Shown here: positions 25,643 to 37,937 of the stretch, piece by piece | Layout: each line of letters begins with the position of its first letter | How positions within the stretch are numbered: position 1 is the stretch's first letter | Source of the DNA: Eledone cirrhosa | Taxonomy: Eukaryota | Length of the DNA stretch: 64,000 nucleotides | Assembly (NCBI GenBank): GCA_964016885.1 | Contig: OZ024743.1 | Span: 19,778,001-19,842,000 of the forward strand | Direction of reading: 5' to 3' | The notes under the pieces: model-generated | The model's database searches: none | What the model was told of the DNA's origin: nothing | The model's input: only the letters and a program-made list of their open reading frames with translations | Program-made: the position numbers and the translations under genes

Positions 25643-25646
25643 GATA

Positions 25647-26290
25647 TTATGATATCAAGCATTTTCTTTGCCATACTGAATTTTGAAGGCTCGATTCACA
25701 AGACATCACTAACAAATGCATTAGTGAGGTCAACAAAAGTGTCAAAGAGTTCCTTTCCAAGTTCCATAGAAATATCCTGCAGCAGTCTCAGACTAAATAC
25801 CATTTCAACAGTACCTCGGCCCGATCTAAAAACCACACTGTCACTCAAGCAGCACAGATTTTGCCACGGAAATGTTTAAGCAGTTCAGGATAACTCGTGC
25901 AATATCTATCCTGCAACTGACAAAAGATATATTCTCCTATGGTTGTCGCATACACATCTGTTGCTTTGTTTTCGTAAAGGCGTATTATTTAGGCATATTT
26001 AAACTGGTGTGGTGCAGAACTTCTCTACATTTCAAGAATTCAAAGAATTTTGTCATCAGAATGTTACCCCTATAGTTAAATACTTCAGCTGCCAGACCAT
26101 CATCACCTGGAGTCTTGCCGTTGGGCAGCTCTCTGGTGGCAGTTTTAATTTCTGAAAGAGAATTATTGTTTGACAGGTATTGCAATTTAGGTTGCAATTC
26201 TTTCATTTCCATGATATTTAAGGGGTACACACGATTGCAAAGTATTTGCTGAACAACCTACAGAAATGATTTTTATACATTGGTCAGTTG
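25647..26290 (-). pseudogene. RTE LINE remnant, RT N-terminal part (host of the Gypsy insertion)
   Basis: EIKTATRELPNGKTPGDDGLAAEVF, with GFRSGRGTVEMVFSLRLLQ and FVDLTNAF-like motifs downstream on the minus strand. Confidence 0.7.
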
Positions 26291-26672
26291 TCTGTGCTAT
26301 GCAACGCACCTTCTCCATTCTAACATCAAGTCTTGTATTGACTTGACACATGCCAGAGGATGCTATAACCAGCGGCTTTGGGAAAAGGAGTTATCCATCT
26401 CCCACGTTGGTTAGCTTAACGAGACTAGAGAGTCTAGCCTACCTTATCAAGAGCAAGAACAAAATTTAAATTGTTGAGAAAGCTTAAAAGTTATAAATGT
26501 TTTAAAAGTTACTAGACTACCAGTGACCCATGTCACGCCCAGTAATATATATATATAGAGAGAGAGGGTTATAATATATAGAAAGAGAGAGGGCTATAAT
26601 ATATGTAGAGAGAGGGTTATAATATATAGAAAGAAAGGGGGTTATAATATAGAGAGGTATAGGGTTATAATA

Positions 26673-26808
26673 TACTAGACCACCCGTGGCCCTTTGGGTC
26701 ACATTCACTTACAAATATCTTTTTTTAAATCATGTTCATTTAAAAATAATTTTAGAATAATTAAAATATACACAGACATGCATATAATGTAAAATGACAT
26801 TTTAAGAC

Positions 26809-26844
<36 letters not shown>

Positions 26845-28275
26845 TACAGACCCACACTCCCCCCGGCCTGAACTCTCCACCCTTATTCCTTTAGCGTTCG
26901 ACCACCCCCTCCCCCCACACTTATCCCCCACTAACACCACTAACACACCCCTCCTGTTCACCGCCCACCCCACACTAACAATACTAACACCTCCACTCCA
27001 CCCCTCATCTGACCACCCTTCCCCAACTAACATACTAACATCCCTTCCCTCCCCTCTTCTCCTCCTCCCCCCTCCTTATCACACGCACACACGCACCCAC
27101 TTACACCACCCACCCCACACGCAACTAACATCACTAACACCCCCCCCCCAACCCCACGCACACGTACCCACACACCCTCGTACACCACCAACTCTACACA
27201 CCCTACCACCACTAACCCCCACTCACACCTGCATTCAACCCCTCCCCACCTCCCATATACTAATACCCACTAACACCTCTTCACCAAACTACACACACAC
27301 CAGTACACCACACTCCCTCCATAGAACCACACACACCCTTCTCTCCCCGCTCCACCCACACCCCCGTCCACACTCACTCATCCCACTAACACCACTACTA
27401 ATACACACACACACACACCCTCCTCACTCCAACTTTCACACCTACCCATCCTCGCCCCCTTACCATTCCACCGACTGCTGCTATGCCCTTCTGACCACCT
27501 CCCAGCACCAACAGACCACAGCACTCCCACTGCTGACCACTTCCTGTTGCGCGCGCACCCCACATCTCTCCTCTTCCGACCACCGCTTCATGGATTACCC
27601 ACACGCAGAATTTGACTTAACCAATCCTCCCAACATCCTTGGAACTTACCAACTTTTCAACCATCCTCTTACGTCATCACCTATATAACTCACCCACACA
27701 CACACCCCCAAAAAAAAATTTTTCTCCACACGCCACCCACACCCACAACACGCTTAAACCCCACACACACGTGCTTCCCACCACATATTTACACCCTCAG
27801 CCTCCTGATTCCTCTCCCCCCACCCCCCTATCCACACATACACACACACACACACACACGCACACCTACACACACACACCACCTTCAGCCCTCCCCGCTC
27901 GGACACCCCGTCTCCCTCTCCCCACTCCACCCGCCACCACCCCTACTCACCCCACACCCTTCCACCACCTGTTTACCCCTCCCCTTTTAATTTCAGTTTA
28001 TTTTGATCATGCCTTTATTTTTAAATTTTCTCATTCCTTGTATTTTGATCATGCTTTATTTTTATTTTTTAACTTTATTTGTTAATTTTTCATTCGCACC
28101 GTTTCCTTTCGCTATATGTCTCTCCACCACTCCCCTACACACCTTTTGAACTCTGTTCCCACACACTGTCCCCCACCTACCCCCCACTCTCCTAAGCGTG
28201 AAATTAATAAACATTTATTGTACTGCCTCTCTGTTTTGTCCCTGTTCATATTTTTCCATTATATATATATATATA
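26673..28275 (-). mobile_element. Possible non-autonomous Helitron with a CA-rich low-complexity body
   Basis: The minus strand ends in gacccaaagggccacgggtggtCTAGt (hairpin plus CTAG). The other boundary is a guess. Confidence 0.3.
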
Positions 28276-28280
28276 TATAT

Positions 28281-28710
28281 AACCAAAAGTTTAACAAGGT
28301 TCATTGAATAATCAATGAATAAAGTTTTACAATAGATTAGAAGCACTCAACAGTAGGGGTTTCTGGAGTTATTAATATTACTTCAAAATATTAATAAATA
28401 TAGACATTCATGTGATCAAATATATTTTATTATACATATTTCAGAGGTACTGAGCTATTTCATCAGTACGTTCTCATCAGATAAAATAAATTGATGTCTG
28501 ACATACCTCAACTGTGCTGATGGTTCCATTCCAGCCCTGGCAGTTCAATTCCAGTCTTGACTGCCAAGACTGGAATTGAACCATCAGCACAGTTGAGATA
28601 TGTCAGACATCAATTTATTTTATCTGATGAGGACATACTGATGAAATATGTATAATAAAATATATTTGATCACATGAATGTCTATATTTATTAATATTTT
28701 GAAGTAATAT
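28281..28710. mobile_element. Fold-back element, family A copy 1: arms 28375-28710, tail 28281-28374
   Basis: Inverted arms between (TA)n runs, homologous to 35775-36210 in the opposite orientation. Confidence 0.9.
28423..28488 (-). ncRNA. Type I minimal hammerhead ribozyme
   Basis: UAUUUUAU-CUGAUGA-gaacGUACUGA...UCAGUACcucu-GAAA-U-AUGU-A-UA^AUAAAAUA, with an 8-bp stem I. The base of stem II is imperfect. Confidence 0.7.
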
Positions 28711-29494
28711 ATATATATATATATTACTATGGTGTGTGTGTGTATATATATGTGTGTGTGTATATGAGTGTGTACGTATATATATATGTGTGTGTGTGTA
28801 TGTGCGTGTGTGTCTTCCATTTTCCTTCCCTGTCTCCTCTCTCTATCTCTTTCTCTCTATCTTTCTCTCTCTATCTCTTTCTCTCTATCTTTCTCTCTCT
28901 ATTTATGACGGTACGTCTGTGTGATTATTTGTGGCGTTTGGCTGCATGAGTTTCTGTGTCTACGTTTTAAAGTCTAGTACATACCATTGAAAATGTATTT
29001 CTTCTTCTTTTCTGCCTGCTCCTCCTCCCCACTCCTCCTCCGCCTCCTCCTTCTTCTTCTTCTTCTTCTTCTTCTTCTTCTTCTTCTTCTTCTTCTCTTT
29101 ACCCCTAATGGTTTTGATGTTCCAGGTTCAAATAGTTACGGTTTTCTCCCTTTTTGGGGTTTGGGGATAGGCAATCTTTTTGCGAACATCCCACGTCTCC
29201 CAAAACAGGTTACAGGCTCATTTCCAGTTTTTACAGCATGAGATGGAGACTGCAATATATTTTTTCAAACAAACTCATCTACGTAATGCCTGAACACATC
29301 CCTACCTAATGCCAGAACACATCTTAACGTGAAGGAAGATGCGGTATGAGTATTTTTGTTGCCTCTACCAATAATGCAGTTTGTTGGTCTTATTCGCACC
29401 AATTACCATTTTGATACTTTTCTCAGATCTATTCACTAAATATCCTTCTAGAATGCTATTCTTCTTCTTCTTTTCGTATCTTCGAAGCATGTGG

Positions 29495-29950
29495 TTATAT
29501 GACAGTTTCCCATTTCTTTACACTGTCCTTTGCATTATTATTAAATTCTGCGAGATCTTTTAAGCTGCACTGGTTGGGTAGTAGAGGGCAAACAAGGCAG
29601 GGCTGCATCGTATGGTCCACCTCTCCGCATTCGCAGATGGTTGGGCCGGTCTTGTAGCCCCATCTGGCCATAGCAGCTTTTGATCGCCCCATTCCTGTTC
29701 TCAGGTGGTTGAGTGTCTTCCACTGGACCCATGGTGCTTCTGAGCCAGGAGGGAGGGCTTCAGAAGGGGGGATTCCCATGTCAATAGGAGGGGAGTCATT
29801 CTCTAGCTTTCTAGTCCATAGCTGTAGTCTGGTTTCTTCCTGAGATGTTGTTACAGGCTGAACATGGCTGAGGAAGCTTCTCCTTGACTTCAGTCGTTGG
29901 GCCGGAGGTTCAGGTCCGTGAAGGAGGTGGCGTTCATCACTGATAGCCTT
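29495..29950 (-). pseudogene. Vingi/Ingi-clade LINE 3' end
   Basis: WKTLNHLRTGMGRSKAAMARWGY..CECGEVDHTMQPCLVCP (C-terminal zinc knuckle), followed by a (GAA)n-like tail. Confidence 0.7.
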
Positions 29951-30229
29951 TGTATGAATCCTATTGTATGACTATAATATTTGAGCATTACTTTGTACAA
30001 TAATAAATTCTTGCTTTATTATTCATTTGCAAATATTGTTGGATTTTTGTTAGGATGTGTACGTTAATTTCTAAATAGTTAATACTATTTCCCTGGTTGC
30101 CTCTTCAAATGAAATATTCATTTTGATCTATCGATTTTGTCATTAGCAACGACGCATTTTTCATCCTCTTGTTCCAGCATTCGGAAATGACCCAAACTAC
30201 GTGTGCATTGCTATCTAGTTAAAATAGAT

Positions 30230-31350
30230 GATGCCGTTTCGACAGATTTCCCTCCACCAATTACGGCCAGCAGCATATTCCTCATATTTTGATTGTTGTA
30301 TTCTAATATGCCTAATTGAAGAAGGGGCATTCCTACGTTTCGCACTCCCACCTGAAGTTGCCCATAAGTGAGAATTTCCGACAGTCTTTCAGAAATTTAT
30401 CCTAGCAACATGGGCAGCCCTTCTTAATTGAGTCTTTATCAAGAAGTTATTTATGCTTTGTATATCACATTCATGAAACAACTCTTCATTAGAGTCTCTG
30501 TCTTTCCATGTGAAACCATAAATATTTTAATGATATCTCTTGTGGACTAGCCGTTTGACATATATTTTCTATATGATGTCCACGATTCAGACCCATACTG
30601 CAATTTTGACACAACTGCATGATAAACTGAGGTTTAGGTTTTCAAACTCAGATCTCTCTCATTCCATACCTTTGCTCGCAGCTTTCCCAAAGTATCACTA
30701 ATTTTGGCGATTCTATCTAATATTTCATCAAATAAAGAAGAGCTAGAATTTATTTTACTCCATAACTATGAGAAAGATTTCACAAGATTTTGGGCCTAGG
30801 TAATATTATGCCTCTTCATTAGATAGCATCTGATTTGTTTACACTTATTGTTAGGCCACTTTGCTCACAGAGGAAAACCAGCTTACAATGTTTCTACTAC
30901 CCGCATCATCTACAAACAATAAGTCTAAAAGCATTTTCGTTCTATAAAGGGTCTCTGTCTTAAATGTTTGGTTGTTGAAGATCCCATCTGATGTTCAAAG
31001 TCCAGACAAAAGACCATTATTATAGTGTTTGAAGGCGGTGGATTGGTAGTATCGGTAGAGCGTCAGACACTCTGCTTTGGAGTATAGAGTTGTGGCCCTT
31101 TACGTTCTGAGTTCAAATCCCGCCGAGGTTTTCATCCTTACGATGTCGATAAAATAAAGCACCAGTAATGCATTGGGATAATTGTACCAAAAGGAGAAAC
31201 AATTATTATAGTGTTTGAAGGCACACTCTAGTAACAGTAGAAAGGTACGCAGCAAAGAAAACATGGGCCATTATGAACCCCTGCTTTGTCCCATGTTTAA
31301 CATGAAAAGGATCTGAAGCGGCATCCGACTTAAGAGAAGCTTGCATGTTT
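30230..31350 (-). pseudogene. Highly degraded RTE LINE with a SINE insertion
   Basis: Minus-strand motifs LLFVDDA, FGKLRAKVWNERDLSL, LQYGSESW and GRPCC. Confidence 0.5.
31033..31205 (+). mobile_element. SINE copy with a TSD of about 21 bp
   Basis: attattatagtgtttgaaggc is duplicated at 31016 and 31202. Confidence 0.85.
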
Positions 31351-31817
31351 TCAGAGATTTCCTGTCAGAAAGGAATTGAGTCGTTAACATCAAACGATCA
31401 CTCACCACCAGAAGAACGTATAACGTTGCCCTTTCTCGTCACACTCTCAAATTTCAGGCAAACGAGTTTCGCCTAATGCTGCTATGTCTACCGCAAATGT
31501 GAGACTAAAATATATTAAGAGGGGATCCTGCAACCCACCTACAATTTTTAAAATCTGGTATTGGAACAGATGTTGTTATATTTGGGGTTGGACTAGTGTC
31601 TCAAACATAAATACACATTTCTTACTATAGCATTGTACTGTGTTGTTTAATTTATTGTTTCCGTTTGCTTTTTCCATATATATTCATGAAGTTGCGTGTG
31701 TGCATGTATGTATCTAACTAAAGATGTCATGTTAATGGAGTCATGTTTTACGCACACACGCACATAGATATATCCCCCTCAACCACACCCGTATATATGT
31801 ATATATACATATATATA

Positions 31818-31856
<39 letters not shown>

Positions 31857-31905
31857 TGGGAAAGTAAGAAATCTGAGAATAGACCGTTAAAACATGTTTA
31901 TTTAA

Positions 31906-31941
<36 letters not shown>

Positions 31942-31943
<2 letters not shown>

Positions 31944-32862
31944 AAGGCGGGTAAAATTCCCGAGATCCATGGACGAGTTCTCTCCAGCGGTCTCTGTCCC
32001 TCATTATCGCTGCCATGTCCTGCATCTCCAACAGACCAGTGTGTGTCCTTAGGGCATCAACATACGTTAACCTTGGTATTCCTCTTCTAGTGTGTCCATG
32101 TAGGGGCTCCCAAAGGAGTACTGAGTGCAATGTCAACTCTGGATGTCGGTGAGCATGTCCAGCTAACCTCAGTCACATCCTGATGTTGAGGAGGATATTA
32201 GAGGGAGCTAGAGCAAAGTGCCTTCCTGCGGTCATGGTTTTCATTGACTTTAGGAAGGCCTTTGATTCTGTGGACCCTTACTGCCTGATGAAGATCTTAC
32301 AGGCTTATGGAATCCCCAAGAAGATAGTGGACCTGATATCACTGCTCTACACCAACACCAAAGCCCAAGTCATTACACCTGATGGGATGACAGAGTTCTT
32401 TGAGATACTGGCTGGAGTGCTCCAGGGAGATACATTGGCTCCCTACCTTTTTATCATCGTAGTCGACTATTGTATGCGCCTTGCACTGGAGAAACACCAG
32501 GACACTGGCTTTACTGTAGCACCGGCTCAGAGCAGGAGAGTTAGGGCGAAAAAGGTACCGGATGCTGAATTTGCCGACGACATAGTTTTGGTGACAAATA
32601 CAGTGAAGGAGGCAGAGGATTTGATGCGGGAGGTTGAGACTGTGTCGATGAGTGTGGGGCTGAGAATGAATGAGACTAAAGCAAAATATCTGGTAGAGAA
32701 TGTTGAGAAGCCAGAGGGGATCACTAATGTAGGCGGGAAGCCGCTGGAATTGGTTGAGGACTTCCTGTATTTGGGAGCAAAGATTGGGAATACGGAAGAT
32801 GATGTGGTTGAGAGGAAAGACAAAGCCTGGGCGGCGTGCCTCAGCTTGGGATCGGTTTGGAA
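31942..32862. mobile_element. RTE-like LINE insertion with a 5' inversion
   Basis: Minus strand 31942-32170 encodes the C-terminus (LAGHAHRHPE...RGIPRLTYVD...DRDRWR..SREFYPP*). Plus strand 32173-32862 encodes the RT core (FIDFRKAFDSV, GVLQGDTLAPYLF, FADD, FLYLG). Confidence 0.85.
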
Positions 32863-32914
32863 GTTGCTCCAACTACTACAGGCACTATTTCTACCTTTAT
32901 TATTATTATTAATA

Positions 32915-33520
32915 GGGCGGTGGATTGGCAGTATCGGTAGAGGGTCGGACGCCATGCTTTCCAGCATAGCTACGTCCCTTTATGATCTGAGTTCAAATCC
33001 CGCCGAGGTTGACTTTGCCTTTCATCCTCACGGGGTCGATAAAATAAAGTACCAGTAATGCACTGGGTAATTGCTGGCCTTGTGCCTAAAGTAGAAACAA
33101 TTATGTGTATGCGGTAGATGGCAGTATCGGTAGAGGGTCGCACGCCATGCTTTCCAGCATAGTTACGTCCCTTTACGATCTGAGTTCAAATCCCGCCGAG
33201 GTTGACTTTGCCTTTCATCCTCACGGGGTCGATAAAATAAAGTACCAGTAATGCACTGGGTAATTGCTGGCCTTGTGCCTAAAGTAGAAACAATTATTAT
33301 GTGTATGCAATCTATACGTATTATTGAGGGCGGTGAATTGGCAGTATCGGTAGAGGGTGGGACGCCATGATTTGACGCATAGAGTTACGGCCCTTGCCAT
33401 TCTGAGTTCAAATCCCGCCGAGGTTAACTTTGCCTTTCATCCTTACGGGGTTGATAAAATAAAGTACCAGTAATGTACTGGTTAATTGCTGGCTTGTGCC
33501 AATAGTAGAAACAATTATTA
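32915..33520 (+). mobile_element. Three consecutive SINE copies (32915-33103, 33111-33300, 33328-33520)
   Basis: Three near-identical units separated by duplicated target sequence. Confidence 0.9.
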
Positions 33521-34221
33521 TGTGTATGCAATCTATACGTATTATTGTGTCATTATGTGTGAGTAGGATATCAGTGTGGGTGGGTGTATGTCTGCGGTGG
33601 TGTATGGATAGATAACCGTTTGCGCAACTATAGGAATATCATTATGTAAATCCACAAACCAGGAAATGCTGATATACGTTTTACTCTATAATTACGCAGC
33701 ATTACTGCCTTTCTGGATATAATAAAATAGCCCACAATTCCTGTCAATATACATCAAATTTTTCCTATCACATTCTCTATCACCATTTAGCAATGAAAGT
33801 AAATGTTTTAGACATATATTGATTTTCTCCCTTTATGTTTTTGTTCTACTTCTGTCTGCGACAGATAATTATGACTACTATACCTTCATATATAAACGAA
33901 GAGATCCTAGATATAAAGCAAGATATCCAATAGCACTGGGTGACAATTATGAATGTATCTTTACTAAATTAACTAATTCTAACCAGATTATTTACAGAAT
34001 ATAACAATTCAGATGTTTTTAGAGCCATTTGTTCGCTGTGGTTGTATCCGCACCGATTGCTTGTGACTTTTGTTTTTCATGTTTATTTTATATCGATAAA
34101 CTATATTTTTTTTTTATCCACAATGTGATTTTACTTATGTTATTGTCTTCCTTTTGACAATAAGTCTCACACACAGAGCGAGAGGGAGAGAGAGAAAGAG
34201 AGAGAGACAACCAAACACACA

Positions 34222-34252
<31 letters not shown>

Positions 34253-34255
<3 letters not shown>

Positions 34256-34317
34256 AGTTCGGATCTAGCTGTCGAAACGGCCGCAGCTCATCTGTCGGGG
34301 TCCTGACTCTTTTCCTA
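34253..34317. mobile_element. Minimal fold-back family C copy
   Basis: gtcgaaacgg..agctc..tgtcggggtc..ttttcctat is shared with the 36227 and 56918 copies. Flanked by (TA)n. Confidence 0.65.
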
Positions 34318-35063
34318 TATATATATATATATACATACATATATATGTGTGTGTATGTAATGATTTCTAAGATTGCCTTTATATTATCAAATATGACTAA
34401 TACACTAATTCCATCCTTCCCATTTTATTTCGCTTGGGTTCTCTCCCCTCCTTTATCCGAAACTAATGTTTTTTTTTTCTTTCCGCTCATGCCCATGACC
34501 AGAGTAGAACGAAATTCGCTTGTTTGTTCATAATGACCACATTTCATTTGATTTAGCGTCGTGCTTCCCCATGTTCCATCTTGTTTGTTTTTTGTTTTTG
34601 TTTTTTTTTTTGCTTTCAGTTGAACGACTGATTGTTTTAACTTAAGACAGTATCCTCAATTACTAAGTGCCAGTTATCTCATCTGATGTATGTGTTTGCT
34701 ATTCTCTTTCTCTTTCTTCTGCAAATTGTCTCATGTAATCTAATGATTACATTGCATCCTGTTATTCGTCACCTGTCACTAAATATTTTGCCTCATTACT
34801 AACCCATTGTCCTATTCTTTGATTTTCGAACAGTGTATGTGATAATTCTCCCAGTTACAGTGGTACACTTTGGACATTACCATTCTTAATATTATAAAAA
34901 TGAACACATTTTATGGGTGCCAGTGTCAAGAATTGGTGGCTGGAGATCTGATATTGTTGATTTGTTCGGATTCTGTTGACTGCGTCCTTCTACAATTACA
35001 TATATACATGTGTGTATGCCGGTGTGTGTGTGTGTGTGTGTGTGTGTGTCTATGCGCGCGCGC

Positions 35064-35095
<32 letters not shown>

Positions 35096-35745
35096 GTAGA
35101 ACAATGCCAGATACGTTAGGTATATTATTACATCAAGTTTCACCATATATAAATCACAAATTAATCAGCAGCTATTATCCTCCTTAAGTAAAAACTGTAA
35201 GCTGATACAACTTCACCCTTCCGATATTTTGAATTTGAATTAAGAGGCAGTTACTGCCTTAATATCAGCGGTATAGTGAGTTAAGGTGACAGTTTTAGCT
35301 TGAGGAACCAAAGAGTTGCTAGTTGTGCAATTCAACTGCAATTCAACTACTAACATTTAAATAGCAATCTAAATGGTACCTATTCTATTGTGCTGTAACG
35401 ACATTTATATTTATTTTATTTTATTTATAAATATTTTTGTTGGTACGCACTGACATACAAGCTGAACTCGGGATGCGTCGATGTCAGGTTTATACCATCC
35501 TTTATACCTATACTGATCCTTCTTGTACATATATCACTACTCTGATTTGTCGTTTTCCCGCAGCCTTTATATATATATAATTCGTTTTTGAATTTGTTTT
35601 GCGAGATTTCTTATCTGAAAACATGTGTTCAAACAGATATTGTTATACTTTGAGAGAGTCATGCTGCCAATAAAAACATAGAGTATTAAAGTTACTATAG
35701 ACTACCCAACTAAACACCCCAACCATAGATTACCCGTACTAAACT

Positions 35746-35782
<37 letters not shown>

Positions 35783-35822
35783 CAAAATATTAACAAATGA
35801 AAAATATACTCATAATCAAAAT

Positions 35823-35894
35823 ATATACTTTATTATATATATTTCAAAGGTACTGTGTTGTTTTTTCAGTACGTCCTCATCAGACAAAATATAT
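35823..35894 (-). ncRNA. Type I minimal hammerhead ribozyme (left arm)
   Basis: AUAUAUUUUGU-CUGAUGA-ggacGUACUG..CAGUACcuuu-GAAA-U-AUAU-A-UA^AUAAAGUAUAU. Confidence 0.75.
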
Positions 35895-35995
35895 GATTTT
35901 ATATATGACCACTACGGTCTTGATTATTCAATTCCAGTATTGGCAGTACTGGAATTGAATAATCAAGACTGTAGCGGTATGCCATATATCAAATC

Positions 35996-36067
35996 ATATA
36001 TTTTGTCTGATGAGGACGTACGGAAAAAACAACACAGTACCTTTGAAATATATATAATAAAGTATAT
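35996..36067 (+). ncRNA. Type I minimal hammerhead ribozyme (right arm)
   Basis: CTGATGA at 36007-36013, GAAA at 36045-36048, palindromic AUAU loop, predicted cleavage after 36056, and an 11-bp stem I including GU pairs. Confidence 0.72.
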
Positions 36068-36226
36068 ATTTTGATTATGAGTATATTTTTCATTTGTTAA
36101 TATTTCGAATAATATTAAAGACTCAAGGAAAACTTTACTAGTTGAGTGCTTCTAATGTATTGTAAAATTGTATTCATTGAGTAATCAACGAACCATACTA
36201 ATCTTTGGTTATATATATATATGTAT

Positions 36227-36377
36227 ATAGGAAAATAGTCAGGACCGCGACGGCTAGTCGAAACGGTCGGAGCTCAGCTGTCGGTCCTTTTCCTATTACC
36301 CACTCTACTATCTTAAGTATCGAGTACTCTGGTGCGTTATCGTCCACTGGGTATCTTACCACGATTTCTTTGTTCTT

Positions 36378-36383
<6 letters not shown>
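36227..36383. mobile_element. Fold-back family C copy with a long right tail
   Basis: The tail is the reverse complement homologue of 56918-56995. Flanked by (TA)n. Confidence 0.75.
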
Positions 36384-36470
<87 letters not shown>

Positions 36471-36895
36471 AGTTTAGACCGATACCCAGTGATTTCGATC
36501 TCGTTTTTTCAATTTGTTCAACATATTGATTTGGAGCACACACATAGGATTAATTGTAATACATTTCAAGCCAGAAACCCAAGCTATGAAAACAGAGTAA
36601 TTATTGTATCGTCAGATTAACATATGAAACGTTAAAGTACTCAACATGTTATCAATTGAAACATGTAAGTACTTGAACAATACGCAGACATCTGCGTCCT
36701 TAACTTTGTCTTCGCTGAGATTCAGCGTGTTAAAATTCATGAAAATGAATGAAAAGGACACATAATATTTTAACAGGTGAGTAAACTGAAATAATTTGTA
36801 ATGAAGTGTCTTGCTCAAGGACCCAAAGTGCCACCCAGTTTACGAATTGAACTCACGACAAGGAAACCCTAAAGAGTAGCCCATGTATGCACATG

Positions 36896-36931
<36 letters not shown>

Positions 36932-37030
36932 CATCTATATATATATATTTATATATATATGTATATGTATATATGTATATATGTATATATATATATACAT
37001 GTATATATATATATTTATATATATATGTGC

Positions 37031-37062
<32 letters not shown>

Positions 37063-37588
37063 GCGCGCGTGTGCGTGTGTGCGTACAACCAAATACCACT
37101 AGAGTATTATTTGCCCAACGCTGAAAGATGCTGGTATCCTTCCACTATAAATATAAGGCATTTTGATATTGTTTATTGTACTGATGAAATCAATTTTTAA
37201 TGAGATTTTTGGTTGAAATGAGTCTAAGACTGTGAGACTGTGTTTATTTCAAGAGCAGTAGGTTCACATTTAGAATTATTATCTTTTATTCTTTTAATAG
37301 TTGCAGCCATAAAACCGTTTATTGTGGGACACAGTCAAATAAATCGATTTTTTTTTTTTTTTTTTTTTTAAACTGATTTGTACATCTCTACTTCTCGAAC
37401 GGTTAAGTGACTGGAACATAAAGAAACTGTAAAATGAAAGACAGACATGGCCACACGCAAGCACATATATGTATTTATGTATGTATTTATTGAATATATA
37501 TATTACATATATATATGAGTGTATGTGTATGTGTGCGTCTGAGTGTGTGTGCATATACATACACACATATGTATTTACATTTATAGAT

Positions 37589-37937
<349 letters not shown>

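Larger units (their letters stand above)
35775..36210. mobile_element. Fold-back element, family A copy 2: arms 35775-36115, tail 36116-36210
   Basis: Arms of about 165 bp with the apex at about 35940-35946 and (TA)n on both sides. Confidence 0.92.

Noticed and set aside
32915-33010. tRNA-like A/B boxes suggesting a tRNA gene
   Set aside because: This is the head of a multi-copy SINE, and no cloverleaf is evident.
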